Shown here: positions 1 to 9,752 of the stretch, piece after piece
Layout of the letters: the number at the start of each line of letters is the position of its first letter
Position numbering within the stretch: position 1 is the stretch's first letter
The notes under the pieces: model-generated
Told to the model about the DNA's origin: nothing
The model's input: only the letters and a program-made list of their open reading frames with translations
The model's database searches: none
Translations under genes and position numbers: made by a program
Source: a candidate division Zixibacteria bacterium CG_4_9_14_3_um_filter_46_8
GTDB lineage: Bacteria > Zixibacteria > MSB-5A5 > UM-FILTER-46-8
DNA length: 64,000 nt
Direction of reading: 5' to 3'
NCBI GenBank assembly: GCA_002791595.1
Contig: PFXJ01000092.1
Coordinates: 17,847 to 81,846, forward strand

Positions 1-1
1 A

Positions 2-457
2 GGGATATTCCGCAACTTACAGGGCCTGCCCCCTGAATTTGCGGAGGTTGTTCCCAATAATGGAATTTTGGAAGTGGCCAATGACGAAAGGGTTTTCGCT
101 ACTTATGTCGATGATGATTTTCCCCTTGATTCGAGCTGGACGTTTGTCTATGCTGTGCATAGTGATAATGTGGGGCCTGAGGATGTTCCGATCAAGAATC
201 GCCTCAATTTGTCGAATCATCCGGATCCATTCAACAACGTTACCGCTATCGGATTTACAATTCCATATCCGGCGGAAGTGAAACTGACCATCTTCGATAT
301 CGCCGGAAGGAATGTTTTCAGCATCGGCGAGAAATATTACGCCGCCGGTCCGCAATCAATAAAATGGGATGCGTCAGAGATACCATCGGGGATTTATTTC
401 TGCAGGTTGAGGGCCGGCAGTCAAGCATCCGTTGAAAAAATGATTTTGGTGAAATAG
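2..457 (+). CDS. 3' end of a secreted protein with a T9SS (Por) C-terminal sorting domain; the gene starts upstream of the window
   Basis: Frame 2 is open from position 2 with no stop. The C-terminus reads NHPDPFNNVTAIGFTIPYPAEVKLTIFDIAGRNVF...GIYFCRL, which is the typical Por_Secre_tail / T9SS CTD pattern (NxPNPFN ... F.i.G..v ... GiYfyrL). No start codon lies upstream within the window. Confidence 0.6.
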   Translation, partial: GIFRNLQGLPPEFAEVVPNNGILEVANDERVFATYVDDDFPLDSSWTFVYAVHSDNVGPEDVPIKNRLNLSNHPDPFNNVTAIGFTIPYPAEVKLTIFDIAGRNVFSIGEKYYAAGPQSIKWDASEIPSGIYFCRLRAGSQASVEKMILVK

Positions 458-657
458 CATCGCCACCAATATCAAAGGCATATCAAGAATCAAAAGGGCG
501 CAAACAGTTATTGATAATCAAAGTAAGAGGTGATAATATAGGGGAAGTGCGGGAGAGCGGCGGTGTCCGGGGGACAAGCCCTCGGCTACCGAAGGCATGC
601 TCCTGAGGCAAATAGGACTCCGAGCCTGCCGTAGATGTGATTTTATTGAGGAGGATT

Positions 658-1872
658 ATGGATTATTCAAAGATTTACGAGAAACTGGCTCGCCCGCAGG
701 GCGGCAAAATCATAATGTTGGTGCTCGATGGAATTGGGGGGATTGTTGATGAAAAAACCAATGGCACCGAACTTCAAACGGCTCATATCCCCAATTTGGA
801 TGCTCTGGCGAAGGAATCATCGTGCGGATTACTGCAAATTGTGGGGCCCGGCATCACGCCGGGAAGTGGGCCGGGGCATCTTTCCCTATTCGGATACAAT
901 CCGATAGAATATGATATCGGCAGAGGAGTCCTCTCGGCGCTGGGAGTGGAATTCGACCTCCAGCCGGGTGACGTGCCGGCACGGGTGAACTTTGCCACTA
1001 TAGATAAGGATGGGAAGATAATTGATCGTCGCGCGGGAAGGATAGATGATGCCACCAACCGGCGCGTCTCGCAGAAAATAAGGGACAATGTGAAGCTGGA
1101 TTATGAGGTCGAGTACTTCTTTGAGACCGAGAAAGAACATCGCGCTGTTTTTGTGCTAAGAGGCAAAAATCTTTCCGGCGATTTGTCCGATACCGATCCC
1201 CAAATGGTTGGCTATGCGCCTCTAAATGTCAAACCGCTTTCTGAAAGATCCGAATATACCGCGAAAATAATTCAGAGCTTTATCGATAAAACCCGTGCCA
1301 TCCTCTCTGATGAAGCCAAAGCCAATATGATTTTGATGCGGGGTTTCGATTATTATCAACCGTTCCCCTCGCTATATGAACGATTCAAACTGCACGGGGT
1401 CTGCATCGCCGAATATCCGATGTATCGCGGGGTGAGCAAACTGCTGGGGATGGATTTGGTGCCGCATCCGCCGATAATCGCGGACCGTTTCAAGGCGCTG
1501 GCGGATGTTTATGGCGACAAATATGACTTCTATTTTGTCCACGTCAAGAAGACCGACAGCAACGGTGAAGATGGCAATTTTGACGGCAAAGTCAAAGTTA
1601 TCGAGGAAATCGACAAACATATCCCCCGTCTTCTGCAACTTAATCCGGAGGTGCTGATTGTAACCGGAGATCATTCCACACCGGCGGTGATGAAATCGCA
1701 TAGCTGGCATCCGGTGCCGGCGCTTTTGCATTCAAAATATGCGATAAGGGACGATGTTCGGCAATTCAATGAACTGGCCTGCTCCAAGGGAATTCTTGGG
1801 ACAATGCCGGGGATCAATTTGATGGGGTTGGCCCTGGCGAATGCGTTGAGATTGGATAAGTTTGGGGCGTGA
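658..1872 (+). CDS. apgM: 2,3-bisphosphoglycerate-independent phosphoglycerate mutase, archaeal type
   Basis: The N-terminus MDYSKIYEKLARPQGGKIIMLVLDGIGG and the overall ~400 aa length match ApgM family proteins. A GAGGAGG RBS sits 4 nt upstream of the ATG at 658. The ORF track's upstream ATG at 637 lies inside the RBS. Confidence 0.85.
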   Translation: MDYSKIYEKLARPQGGKIIMLVLDGIGGIVDEKTNGTELQTAHIPNLDALAKESSCGLLQIVGPGITPGSGPGHLSLFGYNPIEYDIGRGVLSALGVEFDLQPGDVPARVNFATIDKDGKIIDRRAGRIDDATNRRVSQKIRDNVKLDYEVEYFFETEKEHRAVFVLRGKNLSGDLSDTDPQMVGYAPLNVKPLSERSEYTAKIIQSFIDKTRAILSDEAKANMILMRGFDYYQPFPSLYERFKLHGVCIAEYPMYRGVSKLLGMDLVPHPPIIADRFKALADVYGDKYDFYFVHVKKTDSNGEDGNFDGKVKVIEEIDKHIPRLLQLNPEVLIVTGDHSTPAVMKSHSWHPVPALLHSKYAIRDDVRQFNELACSKGILGTMPGINLMGLALANALRLDKFGA

Positions 1873-2181
1873 GGGAACAATGCGAAATTTTATCAGGTCT
1901 CGGACCCGATAAACTTGTAAGCCATTGGCTTAATCGGGGATGTGGCCTGGCAGGTTAAAACCCACCCCGCTTCAGGCGCGGGGAGGAGCACCCTCATCCT
2001 ACCAAAACTAATGCCGGATGGAATAGATAAATTAGGGGCATCTACGATATGGGCATCTTCCGGAACACAATTCGCCGGATTATTGTTTGACATCCGACAC
2101 GGCATAAGATATATTAATTCCGTTGGTTAGTGGCTTTCGGCAATTTAGTATCATTTAATTATTTCAAATTCTGGAGATATT

Positions 2182-4350
2182 TTGCGGAGACTCTTCGCAT
2201 TATCGGTTCTTATCTCGGTTTTATCAATGAGCGTGCAGAGCAGGGGGCAGGTATTTGAATATGTCGGTTCTACCCTTTGGTCGGGGGTTAAAGATGTGCA
2301 AGTTGTAGATAATTATGCTTATTGCGCCGTGCAAAATGGATTAATGATTCTTGATATTTTAGATCCGGAGAAACCGGAAATCATTGGCCGATATTATTAT
2401 TCTGAAGGTGGGCGCACAGCGATTGAGGTCGTCGGCCAATTTGCTTATTTGACGGCTGGCACCGCTGGTTTGGTCATATTGGACGTCTCCGACCCATCGA
2501 ATCCTCTATATATCGGCAGCTACGATACTCCTGATTGCGCGGTCGATGTAGCCATTTCAATCAATGGTGCCGAAAGGTATGCTTATGTCGCCGATATTGG
2601 ATCCCTGCAGGTCATTAACGTTACGGAACCTGCAAGTCCGGCATATATCGGCTTCTACTCGGCGTGGGCCTGCGATGTAGAAAAAGTGTTTATGGATGGC
2701 AATTATGCCTATTTGGCGCTTTTGTACCGCATTGATTTGACTGGTAGATTAGAAATAGTTGATATGTCAAATCCATCAAACCCTAATTACATTGGGGGGT
2801 ATGGGAACTATAATATCGATATCCAGGGCTTGTTCATCAGGGATGGATATGCCTATATTGCCAATTCATGGTATGAATACCCCGGGAGTCCTTTTCATGG
2901 GCTTCTCGTCCTCGATGTTTCCAACCCTGCTAATCCCACATTCATTACCAGAGCGGCCACTGGTCATCCTGCAACCAGCATCACATTGAGCGGCAATTAT
3001 GCTTATTTGACGGAGCTTCTCACTCTTATAATTTATGATATAACAAATCCCGCTAATCCGAATCCGGTCGGCTCTTGTTCGGGTGCAAGAAATTATTCCG
3101 TCGGCTCATCGGTTTCCGATGATGTATTCTATGGCGCTGATGGCGGTTTGAACCTTTTCGATGTGTCAAATCCTTCATCGCCCGCGCTTATTGGCAATGT
3201 GGCCCGCGGCGAAACTCATGGCGTGGCGATTCGAGCTGAGCTCGCCTGTAGAGTTGGTTCTGCGCCGGGCTTTCAAATATTCGATATCTCCGACCCTATT
3301 CTTCCGAAGCCAAGGGGTTCCTATGAGACGCAGGATATTGCTGGAAGTGTTTTTCTGCAGGGGATCTATGCGTATGTGCCGGACGGATCAGAGGGAGTGA
3401 AAATCATCAATATCTCCAACGCTTCAGGACCTGTTTTGGTGGGAGTTTATGATAATCCGAGTGGAGGGGCGCGCCAGGTTTTTGCCTACGAGGATGTTCT
3501 CTATGTAGGCATAGACGAAAGCGGCATAGATATTGTTGATGTTTCCGATCCGGCCAATCCTGTATTGGTCGGCCAGAGTCCAATTCCGAGCTACGCCATC
3601 CGTGGAATTGATGTAAGCGATGGTCATCTGTATGCGTTGGCTTCCTATCCTTTGAATCAGATGTACATATTCGACATATCTGATCCATTGCACCCGATAA
3701 CCAAAGGGACTTATGATATTGAATACCCCAATGGGATCTTTGTAGCAGGCAATATCGCTTACGTTGTGAGTGATGCCGGGCTTGGAATTTTGGATGTTAG
3801 CGATCCATCTAATATATCGCTGATTGGCGGCTATGCCACTCCGGATTGGGCCAAAAAAGTGTATGTCGTCGGCAATACAGCGCTGGTTAGCGTAAATCTA
3901 TCAGGCCTTCTGGCATTGGATGTTTCGGATCCCGCAAATGTCACGATGCTACAAAGCATCGACACACCGGGCAGAGCTTATGACATTGCGGTGTCGAATG
4001 GTTATATTTTCCTCGCTGATGTATATTCATTAATAATATTCCGAATGCTTCAATCGGAGATACCCGATGATGGTGAATATCTGCCGCCCGATTTCGCCCT
4101 TTCTCCTAATTACCCCAATCCATTCAACGTCACGACAACAATTCAGTACGATCTCCCATATCAAACCGATGTAAAAATTGACTTCTTTGATCTTCTTGGC
4201 CGCAAAATTAAGACCCTCAACGAGGGGCTCAAGCCGGCTGGCAAATATTCTATTTTATGGAACGCAGATGGATATTCTTCTGGTATTTATTTTTATAAAA
4301 TGACCGCCGGTGAATATTCCCAATCCCGGAGATGCACTCTGATTAAGTGA
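2182..4350 (+). CDS. Secreted LVIVD-repeat beta-propeller protein with a T9SS C-terminal sorting domain
   Basis: N-terminal signal peptide after a TTG start (GGAG RBS upstream). There are at least 12 repeats of the type YAY(v)A...GL.ILDVSDPSNP..IG, i.e. LVIVD repeats. The C-terminus reads NYPNPFNVTTTIQYDL...GIYFYKM, a T9SS CTD. Confidence 0.75.
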   Translation: MRRLFALSVLISVLSMSVQSRGQVFEYVGSTLWSGVKDVQVVDNYAYCAVQNGLMILDILDPEKPEIIGRYYYSEGGRTAIEVVGQFAYLTAGTAGLVILDVSDPSNPLYIGSYDTPDCAVDVAISINGAERYAYVADIGSLQVINVTEPASPAYIGFYSAWACDVEKVFMDGNYAYLALLYRIDLTGRLEIVDMSNPSNPNYIGGYGNYNIDIQGLFIRDGYAYIANSWYEYPGSPFHGLLVLDVSNPANPTFITRAATGHPATSITLSGNYAYLTELLTLIIYDITNPANPNPVGSCSGARNYSVGSSVSDDVFYGADGGLNLFDVSNPSSPALIGNVARGETHGVAIRAELACRVGSAPGFQIFDISDPILPKPRGSYETQDIAGSVFLQGIYAYVPDGSEGVKIINISNASGPVLVGVYDNPSGGARQVFAYEDVLYVGIDESGIDIVDVSDPANPVLVGQSPIPSYAIRGIDVSDGHLYALASYPLNQMYIFDISDPLHPITKGTYDIEYPNGIFVAGNIAYVVSDAGLGILDVSDPSNISLIGGYATPDWAKKVYVVGNTALVSVNLSGLLALDVSDPANVTMLQSIDTPGRAYDIAVSNGYIFLADVYSLIIFRMLQSEIPDDGEYLPPDFALSPNYPNPFNVTTTIQYDLPYQTDVKIDFFDLLGRKIKTLNEGLKPAGKYSILWNADGYSSGIYFYKMTAGEYSQSRRCTLIK

Positions 4351-4768
4351 TTGAAAATACTCGAAAGTTCATTGAAACACTAATGGCGAATCCTCAATAG
4401 AATGCCCATTGCTTTCCAACAAGACTAATTTTAGGCATAGACTTTGAATTACCCCGAACAATATTTCATAATTCACAGTATAATATCCATGCAAAACCAT
4501 GGAATCAATCAAGTCGGTTAAAAAAATACTATTGGGCATTTATTATCCAAATAAACACTTGCCAAAACAAATCATCAGTATTATAGTTAGCGAAATTTGA
4601 AATTCCCTGATGAAGAAATTTTAATAATGACGCTGAATAATCCCTCTGATAAGATGGGGATAATTCTTTGCTTAAGAGAAATATCTCAGACAGGTTATCA
4701 GTAGCGTGAAAAGTCATTATGGAAGTCGGGAAGAAATTGCCAAAGTTATTTTCTGAATAGGATCATTT

Positions 4769-5413
4769 TTGCTTCCTAAAAAAATCTCGAGTGGCGAACA
4801 TGTACCGTCTGAGCCTTACCTGGCTTATTATGATCATGAAGAATGTTATGTTAATTTGTCGGGGCGATACGACTATCTGGAAACGTCGTATTATGCTTCT
4901 CAGGATTTGGAATGCACGGGCAGAAACGTCCACCCCACTTGCAAGGAAATCCTCGATGCCTATGTGACTCCCCTTTTTTTGGAGAAGGCGAAATTATCCG
5001 GTTTGGCGGTGCCCGAGTATTATATCACTAATGGTTTCTTTGAGCCTCCGGTGATAATTGATACTATGAACCCGTTTATGGTGCGCAGCAGTATAGTCCT
5101 TAAAGCTGGTCACAAGAATAGGGTGGCGAAATCGATGACACGGAATTATACGTACGCGATCTGCTGTCAGGAGCTTCCCCTTACGGCACAAGTAAAATAT
5201 TTCCGCTTGGTGCTGGGATGGAGCAACTCACGCCGATTTAGAGAAATAGCGGATTCGGTTTGGAAAGTGTTTCACATCCCGCTGGCGCGGATTAGAGTGA
5301 TAATTTTAGAGAGTGGAGAGATGCTTTTGAGCAATGTTGAACATCTGCCTTTCGAGCGACTTAATGCCAAAGAACTTGCATACCTTCAGGAAAAAGTAAC
5401 ATGGGAAGAATAG
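4769..5413 (+). CDS. Hypothetical protein co-transcribed with the RimK-like ligase; possible RimK-like ATP-grasp N-terminal (RLAN)-type partner or substrate
   Basis: 214-aa ORF with a TTG start. Its stop overlaps the start of the ATP-grasp gene by 13 nt. I recognise no catalytic motif. The RLAN assignment rests only on gene context and is an inference. Confidence 0.45.
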   Translation: MLPKKISSGEHVPSEPYLAYYDHEECYVNLSGRYDYLETSYYASQDLECTGRNVHPTCKEILDAYVTPLFLEKAKLSGLAVPEYYITNGFFEPPVIIDTMNPFMVRSSIVLKAGHKNRVAKSMTRNYTYAICCQELPLTAQVKYFRLVLGWSNSRRFREIADSVWKVFHIPLARIRVIILESGEMLLSNVEHLPFERLNAKELAYLQEKVTWEE

Positions 5414-6291
5414 GAATTTTTATTGAGCGATATACCATAACGCGTAGCGAAGAGATGGGTGCGCTGATGCGTTACAGCCAAGTGGCCAGACGGCTGGGTC
5501 ATCAAGTCGATTATATATTCAGGCCCGATATGTATAAAATACCCCAATATGATGCGATCTACATCAGGGCCCATACTGACCCACTGAATTCCTCATACAT
5601 TGCCGCTCGGACAGCGCAATTGAATGGGGTTCGGGTCATCGATGACCCGGATTCGATTTATATCTGCTGCGATAAAGTTAATATGTATCAGCATCTCAAG
5701 AATGCCGGTGTGAGTATGCCCGAGACCCTATTTCTTGAGCAACGTGATTTGAATCTGGAACGGGGAGCCGAGCTTTTCCACACCTTAAGCAATCCATTAG
5801 TCCTCAAAGCTCCGAACAGCAGTTTCTCTATGTATGTCGAAAGAGTTCAAACACCCAAAGAATACGTCAGAGTCGGGAATCGTTTTCTTCGCCGGGCGGA
5901 TCGGATTGTGGCTCAGCGTTTCATACGGTCGGAATTTGACTTGCGGGTAGGCGTGCTGGCCGGGGAACCGTTGTATGTCTGCCAGTATCTAATTCCCAAG
6001 AAACGGTGGAAAATCCTGACCCACATTGAGAATGGCAGGATTATTTGTGGACCCGTGAAGGGAGTTGAACTGGATCAAGCTGACCCTCGTTTGCTGGATA
6101 CCGCGCTTCAAGCCGCAAAAGCTATAGGGAATGGATTCTATGGCATTGACTTGAAGCAGGTCGATGATGGATTCGTGGTGATCGAAGTCAATGATAATCC
6201 GACTATCAATGCCGGTGAGGAAGATCAGAAAGCGCCCCATCTCTACGAGCGGATAACACGTTATCTTATGGGTGAATGGGGCCTGTCATGA
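5401..6291 (+). CDS. RimK-like ATP-grasp ligase (alpha-L-glutamate ligase / glutathione synthetase-like)
   Basis: ATP-grasp fold signatures are present: PLVLKAPNSSFSMYV, GEPLYVCQY, and a C-terminal GIDLKQVDDGFVVIEVNDNPTIN that matches the RimK/GshB Mg-ATP site. The length of 296 aa is typical of RimK. Confidence 0.8.
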   Translation: MGRIGIFIERYTITRSEEMGALMRYSQVARRLGHQVDYIFRPDMYKIPQYDAIYIRAHTDPLNSSYIAARTAQLNGVRVIDDPDSIYICCDKVNMYQHLKNAGVSMPETLFLEQRDLNLERGAELFHTLSNPLVLKAPNSSFSMYVERVQTPKEYVRVGNRFLRRADRIVAQRFIRSEFDLRVGVLAGEPLYVCQYLIPKKRWKILTHIENGRIICGPVKGVELDQADPRLLDTALQAAKAIGNGFYGIDLKQVDDGFVVIEVNDNPTINAGEEDQKAPHLYERITRYLMGEWGLS

Positions 6292-6740
6292 TCCGGAAGA
6301 CCAATATCCGTATCGGGACTATAAATGATCTCGATGCCCTGGTCGATCTGGAATTGCGGGGATTCACCGCAGATCATTTTAGCCGTTCCCAATTTGCCTA
6401 TCTTCTCATCAGAGCCAATGCCACCACTTTTATTATGGAAAGTCAGGGGGGGATTATAGGCATGGCGACTATGGTGTGGCGAAGCAACTCAAACACCGGC
6501 CGACTATATAATATCGTCATCGATCCTTTACTGCGGGGGCATGGGCTGGGCACTGCCCTCTTGGAAGCGTGTCAGAATGAAGTGGCAAGGAGGAATTGCC
6601 GGAAGATCTCGCTGGAGGTTCGGGCTGATAATAAGTCCGCGATAGCATTTTACGAAATGCATGGATACCAAGTCCAGGAATCGTTACCGGGGTATTATTC
6701 CGATGGCGCATCGGGTTTGCGAATGACCAGGTCAATCTGA
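6288..6740 (+). CDS. GNAT family N-acetyltransferase (RimI-like)
   Basis: GNAT motifs A and B: RGHGLGTALLEACQNEVARRNCRKISLEVRADNKSAIAFYEMHGYQ. The start codon overlaps the stop of the ATP-grasp gene as ATGA, indicating translational coupling. Confidence 0.8.
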   Translation: MIRKTNIRIGTINDLDALVDLELRGFTADHFSRSQFAYLLIRANATTFIMESQGGIIGMATMVWRSNSNTGRLYNIVIDPLLRGHGLGTALLEACQNEVARRNCRKISLEVRADNKSAIAFYEMHGYQVQESLPGYYSDGASGLRMTRSI

Positions 6741-6940
6741 AATGCTTATCATCCAATAAAATGCCGCGTCTCTCTGGAATGCCCGATCAAATTCCAAGAC
6801 ATTAACTCTTGACATTTTTGGAGCAGTTTAATAACATCAAAGTCATAGTGGATAGCCTTAGAGATGCTATTCCAACCCGACCGTCTTGAAATGAAACGTT
6901 TGATTATCATCGGTAATTCGCTTAACGAAGGGAAATTTCT

Positions 6941-7846
6941 GTGAATATGCATTTATGGCTTGAGCAGGCTCTAAAATGGCTCATTGCGGTTGGGCCAAAG
7001 GTTGTGGTGACCGTGATCCTCACCCTAATTGCCTTGAGGGCCTCAAGGTCGCTCTCAGATCGTTTTCTGTCCGCTTTCAAAAAAGCTAAGCCGGAGATGG
7101 AAATGCAGAAGCGCGCGGATACGCTTAGTTCGCTGATGCGTTATGTGGCCACCGTAATAATCATAGTGGTCTCCTCGATAATGATTCTGGACGAATTTGG
7201 AATTGATATCGGCCCCATACTGGCGGCCGCAGGCATAGTTGGTTTGGCTGTCGGTTTCGGGGCTCAGCACTTGGTTCAGGATGTTATCAGCGGATTCTTT
7301 ATTCTGATAGAAGATCAAATCCGTGTGGGTGATATTGTCCAGATCGCCGGCAAAAGCGGCCTGGTAGAAAGAGTCAATTTGAGGATGACCACTTTGCGCG
7401 ATTTATCCGGCAATGTTCATTTTGTGCGCAATGGCCAGATAGATGTGGTTACCAATATGACCAAGGAATATTCCTACTATGTGTTCGATATCAGCATTAG
7501 CTATCGCGAAGATATAGAGGAAGTAACCGCTATTATCAAGGAAATCGATGAGCAGATGCGAAATGATCCCCAATTCAAGGATTTTATTCTGGAGCCTATT
7601 GATGTTTTGGGTTTGGACAAGTTCGCCGACTCAGCCATCATAATTCGAGCTCGAGTTAAAACCAAACCGATACGACAATGGAAAGTGGCCAGAGAATTCA
7701 ATCGACGGTTGAAAAAGGAGTTTGATGAAAGAAAAATCGAAATGCCCTATCCACACCTTATGTTATATATGGGTCAGGATAAGAAGGGGGATTCGGCGCC
7801 TTTAAACGTTTCTCTAACAGGAAAATCGGAACATCTTTCCGAATAG
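6941..7846 (+). CDS. mscS: Small-conductance mechanosensitive channel, MscS family
   Basis: Three N-terminal TM helices followed by the MscS signature GFGAQHLVQDVISGFFILIEDQIRVGDIV and a C-terminal beta domain. The start could be the GTG at 6941 or the ATG at 6947. Confidence 0.85.
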   Translation: MNMHLWLEQALKWLIAVGPKVVVTVILTLIALRASRSLSDRFLSAFKKAKPEMEMQKRADTLSSLMRYVATVIIIVVSSIMILDEFGIDIGPILAAAGIVGLAVGFGAQHLVQDVISGFFILIEDQIRVGDIVQIAGKSGLVERVNLRMTTLRDLSGNVHFVRNGQIDVVTNMTKEYSYYVFDISISYREDIEEVTAIIKEIDEQMRNDPQFKDFILEPIDVLGLDKFADSAIIIRARVKTKPIRQWKVAREFNRRLKKEFDERKIEMPYPHLMLYMGQDKKGDSAPLNVSLTGKSEHLSE

Positions 7847-7968
7847 CAAGTTTATACTATTTTCATTCATATTTGTCTGGATAAAGATAATTTATCCCCA
7901 AATGAGTTCAATTTGCGTAATTCGAAAACACTATTAGTCTGAAGAAATTCAATTTTACAGGAGGCAAT

Positions 7969-8562
7969 ATGCCTATAACACATCCCGATCTTCCATACGC
8001 GCGTAATGCGTTGGAACCCTATATGAGCGCCAAAACCTTTGAGTTTCATCATGGCAAGCATCTCAAAGCTTATGTTGACAACACAAACAAGTTGATTGCC
8101 GGCACCCAGCTTGAAAATGCCGACCTTGAAACGATAGTCAAAGAGACTGCCAAGGATTCCTCCAAGGCAGGCATATTCAACAATGCGGCCCAGGTTTGGA
8201 ATCACATATTCTTCTTCAAATGTATGAAACCCAATGGCGGCGGGGTTCCCTCCGGCAAAATCGCCGAGATGATAAATGCGGCATTTGGAAGCCATCAGAA
8301 GTTTGTCGATGAATTCAAAAACGCTGGTGTAACGCAATTCGGTAGCGGTTGGGCCTGGTTGGTTCTGGATGGCCGACAGCTTAAGGTATTTAAGACTCCC
8401 AATGCTGAAAATCCGCTGGCTCATGGCTTGAAACCACTGTTGGGTGTCGATGTCTGGGAACACTCCTACTATCTCGATTATCAAAACCGTCGTCCTGATT
8501 ATCTCGCCGCCTTCGTGGATAAGCTGATTAATTGGGATTTTGTCAATTCCTTGTTGACCTAA
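7969..8562 (+). CDS. Fe/Mn superoxide dismutase
   Basis: The N-terminus PDLPYARNALEPYMSAKTFEFHHGKHLKAYVDN and the downstream block GVDVWEHSYYLDYQNRRPDYL are canonical Fe/Mn-SOD metal-ligand regions. A GGAGG RBS lies upstream. Confidence 0.9.
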   Translation: MPITHPDLPYARNALEPYMSAKTFEFHHGKHLKAYVDNTNKLIAGTQLENADLETIVKETAKDSSKAGIFNNAAQVWNHIFFFKCMKPNGGGVPSGKIAEMINAAFGSHQKFVDEFKNAGVTQFGSGWAWLVLDGRQLKVFKTPNAENPLAHGLKPLLGVDVWEHSYYLDYQNRRPDYLAAFVDKLINWDFVNSLLT

Positions 8563-8714
8563 GATTAGCGGCCACAAATATGCATCTTCACGGTCGGCCT
8601 GGATACAATCCTGGCTATTGTAGGGCAGTTTGTGGGTTGGATTTTAAATTCCGATGATAATCGGGAATAGCAATCCGAGAATACGACTACCGGACACACC
8701 CCGGCCTTCGGCCA

Positions 8715-8765
8715 CCCCTCTCAAGAGGGGATTGTTCTATCTCTTATTTCCCCTCTTAAGAGGGG
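8715..8765. repeat. Tandem pair of near-identical hairpins CCCCTC-TCAA-GAGGGG and CCCCTC-TTAA-GAGGGG downstream of the SOD gene
   Basis: Read directly from the sequence: two 16-nt perfect stem-loops about 20 nt apart. The same CCCTCAAGAGGG palindrome recurs at 16281-16295. It may act as a terminator or as a REP-like element. Confidence 0.5.
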
Positions 8766-9055
8766 CGGATACTCTGACATCGTCGGAGGAGACGGGGTGT
8801 GTTATTTCAATATCAACAGCCGCTTGGCCTCCTCCAATCCCCCTTGCTCCATACGCGCCTTAAAATCCATTCGGCAGGGAATATTTTTTTGTAGTGCGGG
8901 GCGTTTCTGCCCCGTATATAATTAAGGGCCGTAGGTCAGACCATCGGTTCCTTTGAAGTGTTCTCCAAGCGATGGGGAACCTTTCTGCTCGAGCTGGTGT
9001 ATAATTAGCGTTGCAAAGATCGAAAATGAACTCTTACATCTCTAAGGAGCCCAAA

Positions 9056-9529
9056 ATGCGCAAAATCCTCTTAAAAACGAAGTGGCCCAATGCGATAGCA
9101 ATGATCGGGTTAATCGTGCTGTTTAATGCGGTTATTTCATCCGCCGGGGAGCATCCTGAACACCCAATGGAGCATCCCTCTGAATCTGCTAAGGTAGATA
9201 CGGAAGCTATAGCAACAGCAATTACTGATTATGTCGCCACCGATGCCAAGCTCAAAGGGGAGTATTTTCTCATATATGACCCTGTCTCCAAAAGCCCCTT
9301 GCTGTTAACATTAACCAAGGTTCATAAAGACCGCTTATCTAAAGTGGGAGAAGACCTTTATTTCGCCTGCTCTGATTTTAAAGAAAAGGAAGGGAAAGTT
9401 TTCGATTTAGACTTTTTCTTGCGACCTGAACACGGTGAACTGAAGGTAACTGAAATTATGATCCATAAGGTGGAAGGAAAGCCCCGGTATGAGTGGTATG
9501 AAGAAAAGGGCGTCTGGAAGCACAGATAG
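9056..9529 (+). CDS. Hypothetical small secreted protein
   Basis: AGGAG RBS 8 nt upstream of the ATG at 9056. Signal-peptide-like N-terminus (MRKILLKTKWPNAIAMIGLIVLFNAVISSA) and an acidic His/Pro/Glu-rich stretch EHPEHPMEHPSE. I see no family-level match. Confidence 0.5.
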   Translation: MRKILLKTKWPNAIAMIGLIVLFNAVISSAGEHPEHPMEHPSESAKVDTEAIATAITDYVATDAKLKGEYFLIYDPVSKSPLLLTLTKVHKDRLSKVGEDLYFACSDFKEKEGKVFDLDFFLRPEHGELKVTEIMIHKVEGKPRYEWYEEKGVWKHR

Positions 9530-9752
9530 GTTTTCAGTTGTGGCTGATCAAAACTGATGCCCGACAGGGTGGGGGCGGTTTTGACTTTTTTGAATCACCA
9601 AAAGCCAAGGGCTTTTCGCCAGCTTGAAAACACAGATGGCGATATCGCTCTCCCTCGAAATTTTCTTGACAATCAAACCATCGGCGCCAAATGCTGGAGG
9701 TTACAATGCCCGGTAGAATTAGTGTGGTAAGATTATCGTGGTTTGAATAATT

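Noticed and set aside
541-632. Calling the apgM leader element a glycine riboswitch feature
   Set aside because: Only two of the conserved blocks match, and the P3a hairpin and second aptamer are missing. I kept it as a low-confidence finding rather than an annotated feature.
7867-8577. 236-aa minus-strand ORF antisense to the SOD gene. Similar long antisense ORFs occur at 16344-16904, 9534-10304, 25974-26264, 55772-56332 and 42616-43290.
   Set aside because: Each lies entirely inside a well-supported gene with strong motifs on the other strand. They are typical shadow ORFs.
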